This document shows, piece by piece, positions 51,480-59,132 of a DNA stretch of 64,000 nt. The translations under genes were made by a program, and so were the position numbers. Position 1 is the stretch's first letter, and each line of letters opens with the position of its first letter. The notes below the pieces were generated by a model. It ran no database searches. It was not told the DNA's origin and was given only the letters and a program-made list of their open reading frames with translations. The DNA is from Bacteroidota bacterium (GTDB lineage: Bacteria; Bacteroidota; Bacteroidia; Bacteroidales; F082), in contig JAGXRB010000261.1 of the NCBI GenBank assembly GCA_018336075.1, forward strand, positions 221 through 64,220. The letters are read 5' to 3'.

Positions 51480-54386
51480 ATGAAACTACGTTACCTTGTT
51501 CTGTTGGCAATCTTGCTGATCAAACAAATTTCTGTAATATCGCAAGAGGCTCAGCAAAAGCATCATAGAGGAGTTGCGGAAGCTTTTTCCGAAATTGAAT
51601 TCAAGGAAATAATTGCTGAAGAAGAAAGAAGTGGCGCGTATGAGCTTATGCGACTCAGAAAACCAAATCCGGTAATTTACAAGCCGGTTTTTGAAGTTGA
51701 GCCCGAAAAAATTCTCTATACAGGCTCCCAGCCTTCAGGTCAAAATAATACACAAATGATGAAAGAAGTCTCGCCTGCTCCTGATACAACTTTCATGGGA
51801 CTATACGATACTGGTAATTCTATTCCACCAGACGTGAATGGAGCTCCAGGACCTGATCATTTGATGGTTACGTTGAACACTCAGGTTAGAATTCAACACC
51901 GTGATGGAACAGAAATATCAACAGTTTCATTAGGTGTTTTCTGGGCGAGTTTGCCCGGTAGCGGAACTTTTGATCCAAAAATTCAATACGATTTTGAAGA
52001 TGACAGATGGGTTTTTGTGACTTGTGCCGGAAGCCAGCCAGGCAGCTCCCGGATTTATATGGGAGTTTCTGCAACCTCAGATCCAACCGGAACATGGTAC
52101 TTGTATTCATATATAGCAGACCCAGACAATATTGTTTGGTTTGATTATCCGAGCATGGGCTTCAATAAAAACTGGATTGTTGTTTCGGGTAATATGTTTG
52201 GTGGTGGTTTTTACAGTACCGTTTATGTATTCGATAAGCATGCAATGTATAACGGAGAAGCAACTCCTCAATTTGATCGCTTTACTACAACTCAGGGTTT
52301 TACACTTGTTCCTGCTGTTACATACGACGCTCAGGAAGAAAATGTTTATCTGATTTCTTCTGCTGATGGCAATCAGGGGGGCACGGGATATATCAGCTTG
52401 TTCAAAGTTAGTGGCGAAATCAATAATCCTGTGTTTTCCTTAACGGGCCATATAGGCATCCCACAGCCATGGGCTGGTTATGTCGGCAATAATGGCGACT
52501 TTTTGCCTCAGCTCGGCTCAAATGAAAAAATCAACGCAGTTGACCACAGAATGGAAAATGTTGTTTTTCGCAACAACAAGCTATGGGCAACACATCATGT
52601 TTTTCTGCCTGCAAACAATCCTCAAAGAGCTGCAATACAATGGTGGAATATCACTCCGACCGGCGAAATTATTCAACATGGACGGGTCGATGATCCAACA
52701 GGAGAGATGTCGTATGCATTTGCATCACTTGCCTTGAATCAATTTGAAGATATGTTAATCGGATTTAATATTTTCTCTGCCAACCAGTATGCAAGTGGTG
52801 GATATGCTTATCGTGCTCATTTTGACCCTCCTAACACTACGCGCGCCCCTTTTCAGTATATAGATGGTTTAGCACCTTACTACAAAACTTTTGGCAGTGG
52901 CCGAAATCGTTGGGGCGATTATTCAGCAACCATGCTTGATCCTGTTAACAGCGTTGATTTTTGGACCATTCAACAGTATGCAGAACTTCCTTCATCTGGT
53001 GACCGATGGGGAACATGGTGGGCCTATTTGCGTATTCCATTTGAGCCGGTTGCAGATTTTGCTGTAAACGAGACTTTGATACCTCTCGGAGAAAGCATCA
53101 ATTTTTCTGACAAGTCAATTGGAATCCCACAGGAATGGAGCTGGGTTTTTGAGGGCGGTACTCCGGATCAATCAACAGCGCAAAATCCGGCTGGAATTAC
53201 ATTTAACAATGAAGGTGTTTTCAATGTCAGTTTAACTGTTACGAATCAGTTTGGAACCAATACTGTCACCAAAAATTCTTTTATAACTGTAAGTTCAACC
53301 TTATTGCCTGAAGTTGCGTTTGTCGCAGACAGAAATTTGATTTGTACTGGTGAGCAGGTTAGTTTGTTTGACCAATCTCTTTATATGCCACGAGAGTGGG
53401 AGTGGGAGATTATTCCTTCTACCATATCATTTGTAAATGGTACTGACGCATTTTCCCAAAATCCACAGGTTGTTTTTCACGAGTACGGTGATTATACCGT
53501 TAAACTAACTACAGCTAATCTTAATGGAGAGGCTGATTTGACTGAATTTAATTTCATAAGAGTAGGAGGGAAAGATGTTCCTTTTGTTGAATATTTTGAG
53601 TCTGAATCTTTCAATGAAAATTATTGGACCATCGTAAATCCGGATAATAAAATGACATGGGAACTGACTCAGGTTGGTGGTTTGAATGAAACTACTGTCG
53701 CAGCTCAACTTGATTTCATGACCTATGTTGGTTCTGTTGGACAACGAGACCGTTTGATTACACCACCATTTGATTTAAGAGGTTATAGTCAGATGCAGCT
53801 TACTTTTAAACATGCACATGCGCGCAGAAGAACTGATGTTTCTGATTCATTAATTGTTTATATTTCAGACAACTGCGGTCAGTCCTGGACGCGTCTTTAT
53901 CAGAATGCTGATAATGGAAGCGGAAATTTTGCTACCCATCCATTGGTTGAAGGATTCCTTCCGGAAGTCCCAACAGACTGGTGTGGTGGAGGTTATGGTG
54001 CTGACTGTATCACTTTGGATATTAGTCCCTGGGCTGGTCAAACAGAAGTTAAGATCGCTTTTGAGTCTTTTAGTTTCAGAGGTAACCCACTCTATATCAC
54101 AGGAATCAGGGTAGGACCTACTGTTGGTTTGCAGACAAATGTCAATGAAAGATCAGCCTTTATCCTTTACCCTAATCCTGGCAAAGGTAAATTCACAGTT
54201 CGTTATTCTGAAATGATGAGATTCTCTGAAATTCGGTTATTCAATCTTTCGGGACAGGAAATAGCAATGTTTAGAAATGTCAATACCGGAGATGAAATAA
54301 ATCTGGAGAATCTGGCTTCAGGAGTGTATTTTATTCAGGCAAGGGCAGGAAGCAGCCCAGAATGGACTAAGCTGATAGTTGAATAG
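51480..54386 (+). CDS. Large T9SS-secreted protein: unknown N-terminal domain, two PKD-like domains, a jelly-roll module and a Por CTD
   Basis: 968 aa. The C-terminal ~450 aa are collinear with the C-terminal part of the 1215-aa neighbour. It ends YPNPGKGKFTVRY...GVYFIQA...KLIVE. Confidence 0.7.
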   Translation: MKLRYLVLLAILLIKQISVISQEAQQKHHRGVAEAFSEIEFKEIIAEEERSGAYELMRLRKPNPVIYKPVFEVEPEKILYTGSQPSGQNNTQMMKEVSPAPDTTFMGLYDTGNSIPPDVNGAPGPDHLMVTLNTQVRIQHRDGTEISTVSLGVFWASLPGSGTFDPKIQYDFEDDRWVFVTCAGSQPGSSRIYMGVSATSDPTGTWYLYSYIADPDNIVWFDYPSMGFNKNWIVVSGNMFGGGFYSTVYVFDKHAMYNGEATPQFDRFTTTQGFTLVPAVTYDAQEENVYLISSADGNQGGTGYISLFKVSGEINNPVFSLTGHIGIPQPWAGYVGNNGDFLPQLGSNEKINAVDHRMENVVFRNNKLWATHHVFLPANNPQRAAIQWWNITPTGEIIQHGRVDDPTGEMSYAFASLALNQFEDMLIGFNIFSANQYASGGYAYRAHFDPPNTTRAPFQYIDGLAPYYKTFGSGRNRWGDYSATMLDPVNSVDFWTIQQYAELPSSGDRWGTWWAYLRIPFEPVADFAVNETLIPLGESINFSDKSIGIPQEWSWVFEGGTPDQSTAQNPAGITFNNEGVFNVSLTVTNQFGTNTVTKNSFITVSSTLLPEVAFVADRNLICTGEQVSLFDQSLYMPREWEWEIIPSTISFVNGTDAFSQNPQVVFHEYGDYTVKLTTANLNGEADLTEFNFIRVGGKDVPFVEYFESESFNENYWTIVNPDNKMTWELTQVGGLNETTVAAQLDFMTYVGSVGQRDRLITPPFDLRGYSQMQLTFKHAHARRRTDVSDSLIVYISDNCGQSWTRLYQNADNGSGNFATHPLVEGFLPEVPTDWCGGGYGADCITLDISPWAGQTEVKIAFESFSFRGNPLYITGIRVGPTVGLQTNVNERSAFILYPNPGKGKFTVRYSEMMRFSEIRLFNLSGQEIAMFRNVNTGDEINLENLASGVYFIQARAGSSPEWTKLIVE

Positions 54387-54468
54387 TTGACAGCCAGAAA
54401 TTTCTGGACGCTGCAATATTTTTGCTGTAAAAACTTGAATAAAATGCGTTAGTGTTTTGATGACAAAA

Positions 54469-55605
54469 CTACTTTTGTGTTATTGGTTTGCTGAAAATCC
54501 TGTATTTTTTGTGTACACTTCCATTATAACGCTCACATTCAGCGCGCATTATAGTATTTTTTTCCAAAATAAGATGACTGTCGATATTCTGTAATCCTTT
54601 ATTGACAGCAGTTTTCAGTAACTGCACGCCAAGAATTACATCCAGTCCTTTTCCGCGCCATTTAGGGTCTACCGCTCCCAGCAATAATGTGAGCAGTTTT
54701 GTTGTTTTTCCAGCATTTAGGATATGAAACCAACCGAAAGGAAATAATCTGCCTTTTGCTTTTCTGATACCATCACTTAATTCAGGCATACTGATTACAA
54801 ATGCAATAACTTTTTCGTTTTTATCCGTTATTACTTTAACAAAATGTGGATTTAAAATAGGCAAATATCTTTTGGCATATGATACTACTTCCTTCTCTTC
54901 CAGGGGAATAAAGCCATAAATATGTTTATAGGCTTCATTGATCAACTGAAAAATTGGCACAACCCAGGGCTTAAGTTCTTTTCTCTTCGTGAATTCTCTG
55001 ATGATAATATCCGGATGTCTAACGGCTCGCTGGTAAATGCTGTCGAGGAATGATGGGATTACTTCAGGTATTTGAATCAGGTAGGATACAAGATCTACCT
55101 CTTTCGTAAAACCAAGCCGCTCAATAAATAATGGCATCCAGGGATAATTGTAGTTTGTAGCGATAACAACTTTCTCATCGAAGCCCTCAATTAGCATACC
55201 CTGCGGCTCTTTATCCGAAAACCCCAACGGACCAACAAGTTTTTCCATTCCCTTGTTTTTTGCCCATTGATCAACTTCGTCAATCAGAACTTTTGCAATT
55301 TCAATATCTTCGTAGCAATCCAAGAAGCAAAATCTTGCATTTTTTTCTTTATGAACTTCGTTATATCTTTTGTTGATGATTCCCATAATTCTGCCAACAG
55401 CTTTGTTGTCCTGATATGCGAGAAGCATAAGTGTGTCAGAAGTTAGAAATGAGTCGTTCTTCTTTTCGTCAAAGAAGACTTTATCATCAAAATATAAAGG
55501 GTGAACCCACTGCTTATGGTTAGCATGAATTTTTTCCGGCAGAAAAATAAATTGTCGAAGCTGTTTGGATGTTTCAACTCTTTTGACAAGTAGATTTTCT
55601 CTCAT
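54469..55605 (-). CDS. Hypothetical protein, possibly a GNAT-fold acyltransferase
   Basis: 378 aa. A C-terminal segment ..LLGAVDPKWRGKGLDVIL.. resembles the GNAT acetyl-CoA-binding motif (Q/R-x-x-G-x-G/A). This is a weak call. Confidence 0.35.
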   Translation of the reverse strand: MRENLLVKRVETSKQLRQFIFLPEKIHANHKQWVHPLYFDDKVFFDEKKNDSFLTSDTLMLLAYQDNKAVGRIMGIINKRYNEVHKEKNARFCFLDCYEDIEIAKVLIDEVDQWAKNKGMEKLVGPLGFSDKEPQGMLIEGFDEKVVIATNYNYPWMPLFIERLGFTKEVDLVSYLIQIPEVIPSFLDSIYQRAVRHPDIIIREFTKRKELKPWVVPIFQLINEAYKHIYGFIPLEEKEVVSYAKRYLPILNPHFVKVITDKNEKVIAFVISMPELSDGIRKAKGRLFPFGWFHILNAGKTTKLLTLLLGAVDPKWRGKGLDVILGVQLLKTAVNKGLQNIDSHLILEKNTIMRAECERYNGSVHKKYRIFSKPITQK

Positions 55606-55716
55606 ATTAAGTTAATATTAAGTTCAAATGTAGTTCATTTTAGAATTGCATGAAAATTCAATGAAAAGAATCGGTTATTGGTTGTTCAGAATATGAATAT
55701 ACATTTGAAAGTAATA

Positions 55717-55750
55717 TAAAAAAAACGCGCATTTCAATTTGAAATGCGCG
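55717..55750 (-). terminator. Stranded original terminator of tRNA-Arg (now separated from the tRNA by the island)
   Basis: A 12-bp palindrome CGCGCATTTCAA-t-TTGAAATGCGCG. On the minus strand it is followed by T8-9 and lies about 20 nt downstream of the attL tRNA-3'-end copy. Confidence 0.65.
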
Positions 55751-55768
55751 CATGTCTTGATTTTGAGA

Positions 55769-55782
55769 AGTGATCCGGACAG
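55769..55782. repeat. attL core: 14-bp direct repeat AGTGATCCGGACAG (displaced copy of the tRNA-Arg 3' end)
   Basis: Identical to 63758-63771. Confidence 0.85.
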
Positions 55783-55885
55783 TATCATAATAAATACACT
55801 TAACTTATTGATATACTGTTATTTTAGAAAAAAGTGGTATCACAAATGAACTTCGCAACATTTCTATAAATGACAGTATCACAAT
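55781..55885 (+). promoter_or_regulatory. Left-end cluster of putative integrase arm-type sites (GTATCA(C/T)AA)
   Basis: AGTATCATAA at 55781-55790, GGTATCACAAA at 55836-55846 and AGTATCACAAT at 55875-55885. All share one orientation with the right-end copies. Confidence 0.5.
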
Positions 55886-55902
55886 AGATTACACATAATT
55901 TC

Positions 55903-56397
55903 TTAAACTTTTGCAGTATCGCATAAATTGGCCTTATTCAAGGCATATTTAAGACTATTTGTCAAGTTTAAAATTGTTGCTGACTGCGATTTCAGTAATT
56001 CAATCAGTTCTTTTTCTCGTTCCGTCCAATTTTCATCTAGTTCCGATGAAAATACATTATTTGGAATGTCGGCTGAAATATGCAACCTCTTGTTCATTAG
56101 TGCATCAAATTGGTCAGGCATTTTATAGCCTTCCACGTCAATTTTATTCATTAGTTCATACTCCCTGATGTATGCCTGTATAACTTGTTCGGCTGCTGTC
56201 TCCTTCGTTTCGGCATAGAATTCATGAATTAATAAAGTTAATTCACAAAAGTGTGATCTGTTTTTTGAATCTGCAAGCATTTGCAATAATAGTGACATAG
56301 GTAACTTTACAAGTTCTTCCTTTGCTTTTTCAGGCTCCAGATTTAAATCCAGATTCCAGAATTGATCATACGCTTGATCTAATTTCGATTTTTCCAT
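55903..56397 (-). CDS. Hypothetical protein (island cargo, next to the array)
   Basis: 164-aa ORF, helical and acidic, with no family I recognise. A possible -7 box (plus strand CAAATGTA) lies at 56545-56552. Confidence 0.5.
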   Translation of the reverse strand: MEKSKLDQAYDQFWNLDLNLEPEKAKEELVKLPMSLLLQMLADSKNRSHFCELTLLIHEFYAETKETAAEQVIQAYIREYELMNKIDVEGYKMPDQFDALMNKRLHISADIPNNVFSSELDENWTEREKELIELLKSQSATILNLTNSLKYALNKANLCDTAKV

Positions 56398-56617
56398 GAT
56401 GTTTAGGTATTTGATAAAAGAAAATGCAGACCATCACCGCGTAACATTCTAGCAAGCATGAATGATGTAGTACTTTCAACTAATTGTGGTCTGCAAAGGT
56501 TTATCTTAACCATGCTTTTAGAAATATTAAAATGTTACGCACTGCAAATGTAAAAATATTCTTATTGCATTGTCAAGAAAAAAATGTGATACAAAAAAAG
56601 GTCTCCCTCTCGGAGGA

Positions 56618-57049
56618 GTTGTGCATGGCCTTAATTTTGGTGCAAGGCTCAACATGAAACTATAAAGGTTACGAGAGAATTTTGTTGTGCATGGCCTTAA
56701 TTTTGGTGCAAGGCTCAACAACCAGTCGAAATTTCGACCCGTTAACTTTGTTGTGCATGGCCTTAATTTTGGTGCAAGGCTCAACTAATTGGATGCTTCC
56801 TCGTGAGGAAGCAATGTTGTGCATGGCCTCAATTTTACTGTAAGGCTCAACACTGAGCCGAAATTTCGTCCCAGTAACATTGTTGTGCATGGTCTCAATT
56901 TTGCTGCAAGGCTCAATATATGTCCCTGAGTCGAGAATAAGGGAACTGTTGTGCATGGCCTCAATTTTGGTGCAAGGCTCAACATAAAGTCTCCCTCAAC
57001 TGAGGAGGACTTTGTTGTGCATGGCCTCAATATAGGTAAAGGAAATTTT
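56618..57049 (+). CRISPR. Cas-less CRISPR-like array: six good 36-bp repeats plus one half-degenerate repeat, with six 30-bp spacers
   Basis: Repeats of consensus GTTGTGCATGGCCTTAATTTTGGTGCAAGGCTCAAC start at 56618, 56684, 56750, 56816, 56882, 56948 and 57014, an exact 66-bp period. R1 to R3 are identical, R6 has 1 change, and R4 and R5 have 4 each. R7 matches only the first ~18 nt. Further decayed copies lie near 57060 and 57150. I infer the orientation from decay at the high-coordinate end. Confidence 0.65.
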
Positions 57050-57182
57050 TCCTAGACCTGTTTTACATGGCCATAATTCAAAGTCAATATGAGAAATCTA
57101 GCTCGAGTAAATGAATTGTAAATTTTGTGATGTGTAGCATCATTTCATTTAGAAAGGCTCTTACATGGCTTTATTTTAAGGC

Positions 57183-57214
57183 AAAAAAAAATCCGCTGAA
57201 ATTAATCAGCGGAT
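57183..57214 (-). terminator. Rho-independent terminator of the capsid operon
   Basis: ATCCGCTGA-aatta-TCAGCGGAT stem, followed on the minus strand by T8-9. It lies about 70 nt after the capsid stop. Confidence 0.75.
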
Positions 57215-57283
57215 CTTCTCACTTACCAAACGAGAAACTATAATTATCCCTAATTATAAAAAATGAAACAATGAAAAATCTCT

Positions 57284-58678
57284 TTATGCTGTATCTGGTT
57301 TCATGCCAGTAATTTTGGCGAAGTGACCCGGTTTCATCAATCCAATATCACCACGCCAAATGACGCGGATATATGTCTGATTCCGTTCAAATGCTTCACC
57401 TGATACACTGGATGCTTCCAATGTAACTGATTGACGTAAACCGATAACCACCTGTGAAAAATCCCCGATAATTCCGGAGCTTTCATTTTCTCCAACTCCC
57501 TGATTGGTCGGGAATGCTGTTGAATGTGTAAAGTTTACATCTTTCAAAAGTTCTGGCTTTGGAACAAATCCAAGATCGGTTGCCTGTGTCTGCAAAATAG
57601 CGAAATCACGCGGACTTAATGCCAGTAAATTTGCTGTTCCGCTGTTGTTGGCTACCTTTGTCCATGCAGAAACAACAGGTCTGTATGTGATGTAATCTGT
57701 TGAAAAATCTGTCATGGAGACTGATTCAACGCCCACCTGATTCATTATTCCTTTGGGCTCTGTTGTGCCTTGTCCCCAGATTGACAATCTGTCAAGCTCT
57801 GCGGCCAATGCTGCTGAAATCGCTGTATCAATCGCATTGGCTGCGTTTGGCGAATCTTGCAAAAGTTCATTGGAAATTTTAAGTAAACCACCAATTGTAA
57901 ACGAATTGAGCTCAACTCCATCAAATGTCATTCCATTATCACTGAACGCATCATTTTCGGCTTTTATCTCAATTGTTGGGTCTGTTGCAACTCTCGCTAG
58001 TGTGAGCTCTTTACCTTCCATGATAACCAATTGTGCACCACCACCAAATACAACTGATTTCGCACGACTTTTGTCAATCACTTGCGGAAACAATCTAACT
58101 GGAACCAATGTCCCGGTGCTAGTGGTGCTTAGTGCGGCTCTGGTCTCTGGTTCCACGCCTGCCCAATCTCCGGTAACAATACCGCGAATGATTTTCCCAA
58201 GTGTGCCGGAATTCGTTTTTTTATGTAAATCGCTGAAGTTATGCGAACGTTCCAAAACTTGTACAGGTTTTCCGGTTCTCCGGTCAATCCATTGTGATTC
58301 AGTTTCTGGATTTTTACCACCATATTGAGCTATAAAACTTTTTCCGGCCATTTCTAGTGCTCGTCTTTCGTCTTCTTCTAGCTCTTTAACTTTTATTGTC
58401 AGGTGATCGAATTCAGATTTCAGTCTGTCATATTCGACTGTTTCAGAATCTGTAAAATTACGTTTTTCTGCTTTTCGCTTTTGAATTAACAGATCCATTC
58501 TATCCCATGTTTGCGCCCTCAATTGCTTTGCTTCGTCTGAAGTTTCAATGTTAGCAATTATAGCGGGCACAATCAGTGCAAGTGATGTCAATGCTGAACC
58601 TTCAGCAAAAAAAGCGGCTGCCATTACTACCAAAAGTAGTGTTGCAAGTCCTAAAATGATTCTAAATGAAGTTTTCAT
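57284..58678 (-). CDS. Phage major capsid protein, HK97 family, with an N-terminal hydrophobic segment and a coiled-coil (scaffold-like) region
   Basis: ..KISNELLQDS.., ..AAELDRLSIWGQGTTEPKGI.. and the N-terminal ..NFTDSETVEYDRLKSEFDHLTIKVKELEE.. are hallmark HK97-MCP patterns. The track ORF starts at 58804 but overlaps the upstream gene, so I prefer the ATG at 58678 (MKTSFRII..). Confidence 0.85.
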   Translation of the reverse strand: MKTSFRIILGLATLLLVVMAAAFFAEGSALTSLALIVPAIIANIETSDEAKQLRAQTWDRMDLLIQKRKAEKRNFTDSETVEYDRLKSEFDHLTIKVKELEEDERRALEMAGKSFIAQYGGKNPETESQWIDRRTGKPVQVLERSHNFSDLHKKTNSGTLGKIIRGIVTGDWAGVEPETRAALSTTSTGTLVPVRLFPQVIDKSRAKSVVFGGGAQLVIMEGKELTLARVATDPTIEIKAENDAFSDNGMTFDGVELNSFTIGGLLKISNELLQDSPNAANAIDTAISAALAAELDRLSIWGQGTTEPKGIMNQVGVESVSMTDFSTDYITYRPVVSAWTKVANNSGTANLLALSPRDFAILQTQATDLGFVPKPELLKDVNFTHSTAFPTNQGVGENESSGIIGDFSQVVIGLRQSVTLEASSVSGEAFERNQTYIRVIWRGDIGLMKPGHFAKITGMKPDTA

Positions 58679-58697
58679 TTTCTTAGATTTAATTGAT

Positions 58698-59117
58698 TTA
58701 AAACTGGTTAACATATATTTGACGGAATAAATCTCCGGGAATGCGCACAATGTTTTTGATATTTTCAGTGTTGGGTTCCCCTGCGAAGACTGTTGTGTCT
58801 TCAAAAAATAGTCTGACTGAATCGAAAGTTATATCAACCCACAATAATTTGCGGATGTCGGTTTCTGGATTGCCGTCCGGCCTGTGACTTCTCAAATGTT
58901 GGGTGAGTGTGTCAAGAATCTCAATTGTTTCAAATCGCAACCCCTTTTTCATTTCGCTTTCACTACCGATGGGAGCGATGGCCGAGAAATACAATAAAGC
59001 TGCTGTATTGTAAGCACTGCTTTTTGATTTTGCAATCAGATCAATTTTTGATAGGAACGCCTGAACCTGATCAACACTTTCAAAGTGATTTTTCAGTAGG
59101 ATGATATTTTTTTCCAT
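58698..59117 (-). CDS. Hypothetical protein (first gene of the capsid operon)
   Basis: ORF 58698-59135. The -7 box overlaps the first codons, so I prefer the start MEKNIILL at 59117. No recognisable family. Confidence 0.5.
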   Translation of the reverse strand: MEKNIILLKNHFESVDQVQAFLSKIDLIAKSKSSAYNTAALLYFSAIAPIGSESEMKKGLRFETIEILDTLTQHLRSHRPDGNPETDIRKLLWVDITFDSVRLFFEDTTVFAGEPNTENIKNIVRIPGDLFRQIYVNQF

Positions 59118-59132
59118 GACTTCAATTTTTGG

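Noticed and set aside
56562-56597. A possible extra degenerate repeat (R0) in the leader, from the similarity of TTGCATTGTC to GTGCATGGCC
   Set aside because: Only about 7 of 10 positions match, and the copy would be out of the 66-bp register because only 20 nt would separate it from R1. I treat it as chance, although the S6-like sequence just upstream of R1 is real.
56527-57030. Three overlapping minus-strand ORFs (85, 95 and 81 aa) with repeated SLAPKLRPCTT / EPCTKIKAMHN peptides
   Set aside because: They are translation artefacts of the 66-bp-period CRISPR-like array. The repeated peptide is simply the 36-bp repeat read in different frames, and the repeat has RNA-like GTTG/CAAC terminal pairing.
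57284-58804. The idea that the HK97-fold protein is an encapsulin shell protein
   Set aside because: Its motifs and N-terminal coiled coil match phage HK97 major capsid proteins. It also sits in an att-bounded element with integrases and a Rep-like gene, and no cargo-enzyme gene with a targeting peptide is adjacent. I kept it only as a remote alternative.
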